From: Fidelibacterota bacterium
GTDB lineage: Bacteria; Fidelibacterota; Marinisomatia; Marinisomatales; S15-B10
Direction of reading: 5' to 3'
NCBI GenBank assembly: GCA_002729175.1
Contig: PBTS01000072.1
Coordinates: 1-26,288, forward strand
Length of the DNA stretch: 26,288 nucleotides
The position numbers and the translations under genes were made by a program. Below the pieces are notes generated by a model. It saw only the letters and a list, made by a program, of their open reading frames with translations. It was not told the DNA's origin and searched no databases. Below, in pieces: positions 9,290-17,647 of the stretch. The stretch's first letter is position 1, and every line of letters starts with the position of its first letter.

Positions 9290-10306
9290 ATGAGTTCCCC
9301 TTTAAGGATCGGTCTCATGGGATTCGGCCGTATTGGTCGCAACCTGTTTCGCCTCGGCTATGACAATCCCAACTTTCAGTTTACCGCCATCAGCGATCTG
9401 GGTCAACCGGAAACTCTCAGGTATCTACTGCTCCGTGATTCCGTCCACGGTCCCTTTGATGTGGAAGCTACCGTCAACGACAGTTACCTTGAAGTAGGTG
9501 ATCAAAATGTGAGACTCCTCCCTGGGGGCAAACCTTCGGAGATCCCATGGGATATGATGAACTTGGATGTGGTCATTGATTCCACCGGTGTCACCTGGGC
9601 TGACGAAGAGGTAGAGGCCTATCGCAACCACACCAAACGAACCATTATCACAAATCCGGATGTCACCTCTGTTGACCGCATTGTTGTTCCAGGTGTGAAC
9701 GAATCTGAAATTTCTCAGGATGACAAAATAGTATCGCCGTCTTCCTCCACTACTCAGGTCCTGGCACTCATGCTCAAGATTTTGGATCAGGAATTTGGTG
9801 TTAGGAACGCAATGATGGCCACTGTTCATGCGTACACTTCAGATCAGCCCTTGGCTGACAATACGCGGGTTCGGCGGCGCCGGAGCAGGTCAGCTGTGGA
9901 AAATATCATCCCCAACGAAACACCTTCACCCCGGCTGGTGGAAGCCATGTTCCCTCATCTAAAAGGAAAAGTGAAAGGGATTGCATTCAACGTACCCGTC
10001 CCTGACGGTTCTTGTATTGATCTTACCACGGAGCACGATAAAATGCCCTCTGTTGACAATGTAAATGAAGTTATGAAAATCTGGTCTCAGGGCGACTTAT
10101 CCCATATTGTAGGATATACGGAAGATCCCATCGTTTCCAGCGATGTTATCGGCCGTGGGGAGTCCATGATCTTTGATGCCAAGGCCACCATGATTGCTGC
10201 CGGCAACTTTTTGAAAACAATCTGTTGGTATGATAACGGGTGGGGTTATTCAAAGCGCATTTTAGAGCTAGTAGAAGCCTACAGCGGCCTGGGAGGTGAC
10301 AGTTGA
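9290..10306 (+). CDS. Type I GAPDH-like protein lacking the catalytic cysteine (probable pseudoenzyme)
   Basis: GFGRIGR, DSVHG, TVHAYTSDQ, VPVPDGS, IVSSDVIG and WYDNGWGYS are retained. The active-site motif reads SPSSSTTQVLA instead of SNASCTTNCLA (Ser codon TCC at 9746-9748). Confidence 0.88.
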   Translation: MSSPLRIGLMGFGRIGRNLFRLGYDNPNFQFTAISDLGQPETLRYLLLRDSVHGPFDVEATVNDSYLEVGDQNVRLLPGGKPSEIPWDMMNLDVVIDSTGVTWADEEVEAYRNHTKRTIITNPDVTSVDRIVVPGVNESEISQDDKIVSPSSSTTQVLALMLKILDQEFGVRNAMMATVHAYTSDQPLADNTRVRRRRSRSAVENIIPNETPSPRLVEAMFPHLKGKVKGIAFNVPVPDGSCIDLTTEHDKMPSVDNVNEVMKIWSQGDLSHIVGYTEDPIVSSDVIGRGESMIFDAKATMIAAGNFLKTICWYDNGWGYSKRILELVEAYSGLGGDS

Positions 10307-11316
10307 GAATCGCCATTAACGGTTTTGGCCGTATTGGCCGGTCAGTTTTTCGAATTTTAAACGAACGGTCTGATGTTGAGGTGGTAGCAATTAATGATCT
10401 TTCTGAGCGGGAGGCACTGGTCTATCTGTTAAAGTACGATACTGTCATGGGCCGCTTTCACGACAAAGCGGAACTCACCGATGATATACTTAAAACTTCC
10501 AACCATACAGTTACCCTGCTTTCGGGTCCCGTTCCTGCCCAGCTTCCCTGGGATGACATGGGCATTGATGTGGTCGTGGAAGCTACCGGTGTTTTTAGGC
10601 AGAAGGAACAGTTGGAGAGCCACCTGTCCGCCGGTGCCAGTAGGGTTGTTCTTACCGTCCCTGCCAAAGATGAGATTGATTACACAGTGGTTATCGGTGT
10701 GAATGATGACGATCTGAAGCCTGAGCACAAAATTATTTCCAATGCCAGCTGTACCACCAACTGCCTCGCACCCATGGCCAAGATACTGAATGATGCTTTC
10801 GGAATTGAGACAGGTGTCATTAATACCATCCATGCTTACACCAATGATCAGCGGCTGGCTGATGTCCCCCATAAGGATTGGCGCCGGAGCCGCGCTGCAG
10901 CTGAGAATGTGATCCCTACAACCACAGGTGCTGCACGGGCTGTGGGGATGGTTCTTCCTGAACTTGATGGGAAACTGGACGGGATTGCTATGCGCGTTCC
11001 CGTTCCTGACGGATCAGTGGTTGATCTGGTGGTTCGTTTGAATCAGGATGTTACCGAAGAACGTGTAAAAGAAGCAGTCCGCACCGCTTCTGAGACGGAT
11101 AAGCTGGCGCCTATCTTAGAATACCAGGAAGAACCTGTCGTTTCTACCGATATAATAGGTAATAGCCACTCTTCCATTTTCGACGCACCGTTTACACAGG
11201 TCATTGACGGCTCGCTGGTAAAAACACTCAACTGGTATGACAACGAGTGGGGCTATTCTAACCGCGTCGTGGACCTTATGGATATCCTCGCCAGGTTTGA
11301 CAGCGGCACGACGTGA
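10303..11316 (+). CDS. gap: Type I glyceraldehyde-3-phosphate dehydrogenase
   Basis: INGFGRIGR, SNASCTTNCLAP (Cys codon 10750-10752), HAYTNDQ, IPTTTGAA, RVPVPDGS, WYDNEWGYS. TTG start overlaps the upstream TGA, with GGAGGT RBS at 10292-10297. Confidence 0.95.
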   Translation: MRIAINGFGRIGRSVFRILNERSDVEVVAINDLSEREALVYLLKYDTVMGRFHDKAELTDDILKTSNHTVTLLSGPVPAQLPWDDMGIDVVVEATGVFRQKEQLESHLSAGASRVVLTVPAKDEIDYTVVIGVNDDDLKPEHKIISNASCTTNCLAPMAKILNDAFGIETGVINTIHAYTNDQRLADVPHKDWRRSRAAAENVIPTTTGAARAVGMVLPELDGKLDGIAMRVPVPDGSVVDLVVRLNQDVTEERVKEAVRTASETDKLAPILEYQEEPVVSTDIIGNSHSSIFDAPFTQVIDGSLVKTLNWYDNEWGYSNRVVDLMDILARFDSGTT

Positions 11317-11411
11317 AGGGCGGCCGGAAAGTTGTCCTCGCCATTTTTCTCTTCTGGGCATTTTTTCTTTCTGCTCTCGGCATTTTGCTGAACCGCTACG
11401 ACTGGCTTTAA
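11313..11411 (+). CDS. Candidate 32-aa single-transmembrane small protein (MKGGRKVVLAIFLFWAFFLSALGILLNRYDWL)
   Basis: Read manually. GTG overlaps the gap stop (GTGA). Basic N-terminus, 20 uncharged mostly hydrophobic residues, TAA at 11409-11411; fills the gap before the next gene. Confidence 0.5.
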   Translation: MKGGRKVVLAIFLFWAFFLSALGILLNRYDWL

Positions 11412-11424
11412 CGGTACCTCTTCC

Positions 11425-11988
11425 GTGAAAAAAAGAGTGTTCCATTTTATTGTGCTCCTGCTGCTTGTCGGCTGTGCAGGAGAGCCCACAGTGGTTACCG
11501 AGACCTATCCCAACGGTCAGAAAAAAGAGGAGGGAGGCATTCTCAATGATCGCAGGGAAGGGAATTGGGCATGGTGGTATGCTTCAGGCCAGAAGCGTGG
11601 TGAAGCAATCTACAATAATGGAAAGAAGAACGGGCCCGCTTCTTACTGGTTCAAAAACGGGAATTTAGATCGGAGGGGTGAATTTAGGAAAGATAGGCTT
11701 CATCACGAGTGGATTTTTTGGTATCCCAGCGGCGTGAAACGGTCGGTTGCTACTTACTTAAGAGGCAAGTTTCACGGTCCTTACGGGCGTTGGTATGAAA
11801 ACGGTCAGCAGGAGATGGAGGGACACTACTATCGCGGTGAGCGAACGGGTGAATGGAGTTGGTGGTATGAATTGGGACAACTTCGATCGAGAGGATTTTA
11901 TGAGAGAGGAAAACGGACAGGCAAATGGACCTTTTGGGATACGAAAGGAAAAATGACTCGAGAAATGAATTTCAATCCATCAGATTGA
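11425..11988 (+). CDS. MORN-variant repeat lipoprotein (YwqK-like repeat family)
   Basis: Lipobox LLVG-C. About six 24-aa repeats of the type W-Y-x-[SN]-G-Q-x-x-x-E-G-x-Y-x-x-G-x-x-x-G-x-W. Confidence 0.8.
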   Translation: MKKRVFHFIVLLLLVGCAGEPTVVTETYPNGQKKEEGGILNDRREGNWAWWYASGQKRGEAIYNNGKKNGPASYWFKNGNLDRRGEFRKDRLHHEWIFWYPSGVKRSVATYLRGKFHGPYGRWYENGQQEMEGHYYRGERTGEWSWWYELGQLRSRGFYERGKRTGKWTFWDTKGKMTREMNFNPSD

Positions 11989-12068
11989 CTTCAAACATTG
12001 TCTTTAAGTAACACTACTTATGTCATTTTTCACTACCACCCTTTTTAATATGATAAAGACCCGTAATA

Positions 12069-12704
12069 TTGATTAAACCTGTATCAGTCGGCATTTTCAT
12101 TTATAATGATGTGGAGGTTCTGGATTTCACTGGCCCCTTTGAAGTTTTTTCCACAACACGCAAGCAGGCAGGCGGTGAAGAAAAGTATCTTTATTCTGTT
12201 TGTCTCATCGGGCCCAAAGATGGTGCCATAACGACAAGAGGCGGCATGGAAGTGAAACCCCATTTTTCCATTAGCTCACATCCTCAACTGGACCAGCTTA
12301 TCGTTCCCGGTGGCTATGGCACCCGGCCGCTCATGCACGATGAATCCGTAATTGATTGGATCCGGTCATTCGACCCAAAGAGTACACGTTTGGCATCTGT
12401 CTGTACCGGGAGTTTACTTCTCGCCAGCGCCGGGCACCTTGACGGAAAGCGTGCCACTACTCACTGGACCGTTCTGGACATGATGGAAAAGTCTTTTCCC
12501 GAGGTTCAGGTGGACAGGGATTGTCACGTCATCATTGATGAAACTGTTTTCACTTCGGCTGGAGTCTCCGCCGGCATCGATCTTGCTCTCCAAATGGTCA
12601 GACTCGATTTTGGAGAAGCGCAGGCGGATTGGACCGCTCGCCACATAGAGTACGCTTTCGACAGTGAAAACTTTGAAAGGAGACTGAAGGCGGACAATGG
12701 CTGA
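12069..12704 (+). CDS. DJ-1/PfpI family protein (isonitrile hydratase-like subgroup)
   Basis: VEVLDFTGPFEVF, LIVPGG.G, SVCTGS nucleophile elbow, ATTHW, TSAGVSAGID. TTG start. Confidence 0.88.
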   Translation: MIKPVSVGIFIYNDVEVLDFTGPFEVFSTTRKQAGGEEKYLYSVCLIGPKDGAITTRGGMEVKPHFSISSHPQLDQLIVPGGYGTRPLMHDESVIDWIRSFDPKSTRLASVCTGSLLLASAGHLDGKRATTHWTVLDMMEKSFPEVQVDRDCHVIIDETVFTSAGVSAGIDLALQMVRLDFGEAQADWTARHIEYAFDSENFERRLKADNG

Positions 12705-12843
12705 CAGAGTAATATTATTCGAAAACTGGGGCGAGGGGCGCACTTTCGGGTCATTTATAATAAACTGTATTCCATACCGGGATTGTTGGTTGGATAGATG
12801 ATAATCGCTGCGGTGGAAAACAGATAGATCGGCCATACTAGAG

Positions 12844-13944
12844 ATGAACAGAACGCTTGTAATCCTCCGCTATCCGATCTTTGCCTCCGCGTTGGTTGGA
12901 TTGGTGACAGGCATCTGGGCTGGTCTAATTCGGATCGGATGGTGGTTCCCTTTCAGTGAGCATATCCCCCTTGAGGCTCACGGTCCTCTCATGGTCAGTG
13001 GTTTCCTGGGAATCGTTATCGGACTCGAGCGTGCCGTTGGCTTGAATCAAAAATGGAATTACCTTGCACCGGCACTGACCGGGATCGGCGTACTGGGGGT
13101 TATCGTGGGCCTTCCGTCACCTCTGCCTCGTTTGTTGATCACACTCGGTAGTTTGGTCTTTGTACTTATTTCACTGCGAATTGTCCAGATACGCAAAGCA
13201 ATGTTTACGGTTACAATGGCGCTTGGCGCTTTGGCCCTCTATGTGGGTAACATGTTGTGGATGCTCGGCCATCCCATCTTTAACGCCGTCTACTGGTGGG
13301 GCGCTTTTCTTATCTTTACAATCGCCGGCGAGCGCCTTGAACTGGCACGAATTGTGCAAGTATCGAAGGTAGGAAGAATTCTGTTCACAATGATGGTTAC
13401 CTTGCTCGCTATGGGACTCATTATTGTTTCCTTCAGTCCCGAAACGGGAGTTTTCCTTACGGGAGCGGGTATGGCAGGAATTGGCCTGTGGCTCCTGAGG
13501 TACGACATAGCCAGGAAAACTGTCCGCACGGCCGGACTCCCGAGATTCACAGCCACCAACCTACTCATCGGCTACATCTGGCTTTCTGTCAGCGGGACGC
13601 TGGCGATCTGGTTCGGTGCTGTCGATTCGGGACCTCAATTTGATGCCATTCTCCATTCCCTTTTTCTCGGATTTGTCTTTTCCATGATATTCGGTCATGC
13701 TCCCATGATCTTCCCATCACTTCTTCAAGTTCCCATGCTCTTTCACTGGAGTTTCTACCTTCATGTAGTGCTGTTACACATCACACTGCTTGTTCGGGTT
13801 GGGGGTGATCTGTCCGGATGGTTTACCGGCCGCTCCCTTGGGGGTCTGATGAATGCCGCTGTGCTTGCGCTTTTCTTTCTCAATACGGGAATCGCTATTA
13901 TAAGAGGGAAACGGGCAGAAAAAGTAGCTTATCAAAAGGAATGA
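12844..13944 (+). CDS. Polytopic membrane protein, NnrS-like
   Basis: About 12 hydrophobic segments. HGPLMVSGFLG.VI.LERA, TIAGERLEL and HSLFLGFVFSMIFGHAP motifs with membrane-embedded His. NnrS-like call is from recalled similarity. Confidence 0.6.
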   Translation: MNRTLVILRYPIFASALVGLVTGIWAGLIRIGWWFPFSEHIPLEAHGPLMVSGFLGIVIGLERAVGLNQKWNYLAPALTGIGVLGVIVGLPSPLPRLLITLGSLVFVLISLRIVQIRKAMFTVTMALGALALYVGNMLWMLGHPIFNAVYWWGAFLIFTIAGERLELARIVQVSKVGRILFTMMVTLLAMGLIIVSFSPETGVFLTGAGMAGIGLWLLRYDIARKTVRTAGLPRFTATNLLIGYIWLSVSGTLAIWFGAVDSGPQFDAILHSLFLGFVFSMIFGHAPMIFPSLLQVPMLFHWSFYLHVVLLHITLLVRVGGDLSGWFTGRSLGGLMNAAVLALFFLNTGIAIIRGKRAEKVAYQKE

Positions 13945-14150
13945 TACTTCAGTCTTCTACGTCGAGTAGTTGTGCGTAATCCGGCGAATTGAGCAAGACA
14001 GTTTCGAATATGCTACTACTACAATTGTTGATAGAAACAGATCCATTTCCGTCTTAGGCGTTTCTAATCTCTCACTAAATTCCTCATGGGAATTTCTTAA
14101 ACTCTCTCAATTTTCCACTTGAAACAGAAAAAAGTAAGGAGACTATTCCG

Positions 14151-16412
14151 ATGTATAGACAGTATGTTGCACTGCTGATATCATTTTCTCTCATGGGGTG
14201 TTCCACACCTCCATCAGACGCCTCTCCGGCTGCAGCTCCAATGGCCGATGCTATTTCCACTTTGGATGCCGGCTTCGATGCAACGGCTCAGCGGAAATTG
14301 GAGAAACAGTTCGATTCTTATCTCAATCCTGATAATCTCCGGGAGTGGATGAAACATATGTCTTCAAAGCCCCACCATGTAGGTTCACCATGGAGCAAAC
14401 AGAACGCGGAATATATTGCCGCCAAGTTTGAGGAGTGGGGTTATGAAACTGAGATCGAGCAGTTTGATGTTTTGCTCCCCATCCCAAAGGTGAGACTTCT
14501 AGAAATGGTTTCGCCCACCCGATTCACAGCTGAGCTTAAGGAGCCTGTTCTGAAGGAAGATGCCACCTCGTCCGTCATGGAAGATCGTCTCCCCGGATAT
14601 AATGCCTATTCAGCCGACGGTGATGTGACAGCTGAACTGGTTTATGTCAATTACGGTATTCCTGCCGACTATGAAGTCTTGGAACGTCAGGGCATAGATG
14701 TGAAAGGAAAGATTATCATTGCCCGCTATGGAGGTTCCTGGCGTGGAATCAAGCCGAAAGTAGCCTACGAAAAAGGAGCCATTGGCTGTATTATTTTCTC
14801 TGACCCCAGAGATGACGGCTATATGCAAGGCGACGTCTATCCTGAGGGACCGTACAGAATGGAGAACGGTATCCAGCGGGGATCGGTGGTGGACATGCCT
14901 ATGTATCCCGGCGATCCCCTAACTCCGGGCTACGGTGCTGTGGATGGGGCCGAACGTCTCGATTACAAGGAAGCACCCACCATTATGAAAATTCCTGTGC
15001 TTCCCATTTCTTATGCTGACGCCCAGCCACTCCTGGAAGCCATGGAAGGTCCTGTGGCACCGGCCAACTGGCGAGGGGCGCTGCCCATCACTTATCACCT
15101 GGGACCGGGACCTTCAAAAGTGCACCTGAAACTGGAATTTGAATGGAAACTTAGGACAGCTTACAATCCCGTGGGAAGGATGGTTGGAAGCCAGTATCCC
15201 GATGAATGGGTTATGCGAGGGAATCACCATGATGGTTGGGTATTCGGAGCTTCGGATCCCATCAGTGGTATGGTCTCTCTCATGGAAGAGGCACGGGCTG
15301 TGGGTGAACTGGTAGAAACAGGATGGCGACCGAAGCGGACCATCATTTACGCCGGCTGGGATGCGGAAGAGCCGGGTCTTTTAGGTTCCACCGAGTGGGT
15401 GGAACACCACAAGAAGGAACTTAGCGAAAAGATGGTGGCATATATCAATACAGATGCTACCAGTCGGGGATTTCTTGGTATCAGTGGTTCACATACGCTT
15501 GAGAAGTTCGTGAACGAAGTTAGAGAAGAGGTGGATGATCCTTTTGTGGACGCTTCTTTACAGGAGAGGCTTCGAGCGAGGATGATGGTGAGTGGCAGTA
15601 AGTACGCTGACAGGGAAGATCTTCCCATTGGCGCCCTGGGTGCCGGCTCAGACTATACACCTTTTCTTCATCATGCCGGTATTGCCTCACTAAATATGGG
15701 TATGGGGGGCGAGGCCGGCGGTGGTTCTTACCATTCCGTTTACGACTCCTTCGATCACTATACCCGCTTTATGGATCCAACTTTTGAGTATGGTGTGACC
15801 CTTGCAAAATCAACGGGCCGAGTGACACTTCGGCTTGCTGATTCCGATGTGCTGCCATTTCGGTTCACCAATTTTGTGGATCATGTTGCGCAGTATGCAA
15901 AACAGTTGAAAGAGTTTGCGGTAGAGATGAGAGAGAAGACCAAACACAACAACAAACTTGTTGATCAAAATGCCTATTCGCTGGCGGCTCATCCGGATAA
16001 AACTTACGTTCTTCCAAAAAAGCTTGATTCTGTTCCTTTGTTCGATTTTTCACCTATCGACAACGCTCTTGCCCGTTTGAGAGCAAGTGCGAACAGATAT
16101 GAGGTAGCGCTGACGAATAACATCAAAAAGGACGTCCGTCCGTCCGGGGATGAGGCTCAAAACCTTAACCAGATTCTTATGAAAAGTGAACGGGCCATGA
16201 TGAGGGCAGAGGGTCTTCCCCGTCGGGATTGGTTCAAGCACATGATCTATGCACCTGGGTTTTATACCGGTTATGGTGTCAAAACACTTCCTGGTATACG
16301 GGAAGGGCTGGAGGAACGAAAATGGGATGAGGTTAATCTGTTTATCGGTGAAGTGGCGGCAGCACTCAACCGCGTTGCTGACGAGTTGGACAGGGCTACT
16401 TCCCTGCTATAG
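14151..16412 (+). CDS. Peptidase M28B (glutamate carboxypeptidase II / NAALADase-like) lipoprotein with PA and transferrin-receptor-like dimerisation domains
   Basis: Lipobox LMG-C. LVYVNYG, IARYG..WRG.K, GDPLTPG; metal/catalytic motifs GNHHD, SDP, DAEE, INTD, YHS.YD; C-terminal W[FY]KHMIYAPG.YTGY. AAGGAG RBS. Confidence 0.92.
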   Translation: MYRQYVALLISFSLMGCSTPPSDASPAAAPMADAISTLDAGFDATAQRKLEKQFDSYLNPDNLREWMKHMSSKPHHVGSPWSKQNAEYIAAKFEEWGYETEIEQFDVLLPIPKVRLLEMVSPTRFTAELKEPVLKEDATSSVMEDRLPGYNAYSADGDVTAELVYVNYGIPADYEVLERQGIDVKGKIIIARYGGSWRGIKPKVAYEKGAIGCIIFSDPRDDGYMQGDVYPEGPYRMENGIQRGSVVDMPMYPGDPLTPGYGAVDGAERLDYKEAPTIMKIPVLPISYADAQPLLEAMEGPVAPANWRGALPITYHLGPGPSKVHLKLEFEWKLRTAYNPVGRMVGSQYPDEWVMRGNHHDGWVFGASDPISGMVSLMEEARAVGELVETGWRPKRTIIYAGWDAEEPGLLGSTEWVEHHKKELSEKMVAYINTDATSRGFLGISGSHTLEKFVNEVREEVDDPFVDASLQERLRARMMVSGSKYADREDLPIGALGAGSDYTPFLHHAGIASLNMGMGGEAGGGSYHSVYDSFDHYTRFMDPTFEYGVTLAKSTGRVTLRLADSDVLPFRFTNFVDHVAQYAKQLKEFAVEMREKTKHNNKLVDQNAYSLAAHPDKTYVLPKKLDSVPLFDFSPIDNALARLRASANRYEVALTNNIKKDVRPSGDEAQNLNQILMKSERAMMRAEGLPRRDWFKHMIYAPGFYTGYGVKTLPGIREGLEERKWDEVNLFIGEVAAALNRVADELDRATSLL

Positions 16413-16429
16413 TAAAGGAGATCCATATT

Positions 16430-17647
16430 ATGAAAAAAGTGTTTAGAGCACTAGTCTGTTTATTAACTGTTTTCACAGTCAGGGCCGCTAACGACAGGCT
16501 GGCGGTCATAAACGCAAAACTCATCGATGGAGAAAGCGACCGTATCCAGAGCAGTGTCACAGTTCTCATTTCCGATGGGAAAATTGAGTCAGTCAAGCGG
16601 GGTGGTAAAGTACCGAAAGGTTATGAAACTATTGACATTGCCGGAGCAACACTTATGTCCGGTTTCATTGACGCCCATACCCATATCAGGTCTCTTTCTT
16701 CGGCGAAGCGTGCCCTGGAGTCCGGTGTTACTACGGTCCGGAGTGCCAGTACACCCAATTATCAGGATGTCAATATCCGGGAACTGGTGAAATCAGGCGC
16801 CCTCTCTGGTCCCGATATGGTGGCGACCGGTGTGTTTGTGACACCAAATCTCGGCGAAACGGTTCTGGCTGATCCGCGCCTCGCTGCTCTCATGAATGGG
16901 GTCAACAGCGAGGAGGAGCTTCGAATGCTGGTTCGAATCAATGCTGACCGAGGAGTGGACTTTATCAAGACACGGGGCACAGAACGAGCTGGATTGCCCA
17001 ACACTGATCCCCGAAAGCAGACTTATACCCAGGCACAGCTGACCGCAATTGTGGATGAAGCCAGAAAACACAATATCCCGGTTATGGCTCACGCCCATGG
17101 TGATGAAGGAGGTTACGCTGCTGTGGCCGCAGGGGTGAGAAGCATTGAACACGGCACTTATCTCAGCGAAAAAACCCTGAAGTTGATGAAGCAGAAGGGG
17201 ACATATCTTGTTCCCACATTTACAACGGTGGTGGATCTTACCGAACCGGGCGGCGACTACGACAATCCTGTTCTTTTCATTCGTGGTCAACATATGCTGT
17301 CAGCCTTAGAAAAAACATTAAAACGTGCCTATGAAATGGAAATTAAAATTGTTACTGGCGCAGACACCGGATACGGTCCAAACAGCGTCACCCGGGTGGG
17401 AATGGAGATCGCCAACTTCGTGAAGCTGGGGATGAAACCGATGGATGCCATCCGCTCCGCCACAAGCGTCGGTGCGGAGCTGCTACAAATTTCTGACAGA
17501 ACAGGTACTGTGACTGTGGGCAAGGAAGCTGATCTTATTGTGGTTCCTGACAATCCGTTGGAAGACATACGTTCCGTTCAGGATGTGGTGTTGGTCATCA
17601 GTAACGGTGCGATTGCCATGAACCGTCTGCCGTTCAGGAAGGAGTAG
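16430..17647 (+). CDS. Amidohydrolase family protein (Xaa-Pro dipeptidase / imidazolonepropionase-like) with signal peptide
   Basis: GFIDAHTH, GVTTVR, GVDFIK, AHAHG, SIEHG, GADTG, GKEADL. Sec-type N-terminus MKKVFRALVCLLTVFTVRA. AAGGAG RBS. Confidence 0.88.
   Translation: MKKVFRALVCLLTVFTVRAANDRLAVINAKLIDGESDRIQSSVTVLISDGKIESVKRGGKVPKGYETIDIAGATLMSGFIDAHTHIRSLSSAKRALESGVTTVRSASTPNYQDVNIRELVKSGALSGPDMVATGVFVTPNLGETVLADPRLAALMNGVNSEEELRMLVRINADRGVDFIKTRGTERAGLPNTDPRKQTYTQAQLTAIVDEARKHNIPVMAHAHGDEGGYAAVAAGVRSIEHGTYLSEKTLKLMKQKGTYLVPTFTTVVDLTEPGGDYDNPVLFIRGQHMLSALEKTLKRAYEMEIKIVTGADTGYGPNSVTRVGMEIANFVKLGMKPMDAIRSATSVGAELLQISDRTGTVTVGKEADLIVVPDNPLEDIRSVQDVVLVISNGAIAMNRLPFRKE

Noticed and set aside
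9290..10306. First GAPDH paralog as erythrose-4-phosphate dehydrogenase (epd) or as a decayed pseudogene
   Set aside because: Epd retains the catalytic Cys, which is absent here. The ORF is intact and full length with conserved structural motifs, arguing against simple decay.
11425..11988. YwqK-type repeat protein as antitoxin of a toxin-antitoxin or polymorphic toxin system
   Set aside because: No toxin gene adjacent. MORN-variant lipoproteins are commonly labelled this way without such a role.
12697..12801. 34-aa ORF MADRVILFENWGEGRTFGSFIINCIPYRDCWLDR overlapping the DJ-1 stop
   Set aside because: No recognisable motif, TM segment or downstream coupling. Could be a remnant but is indistinguishable from chance.
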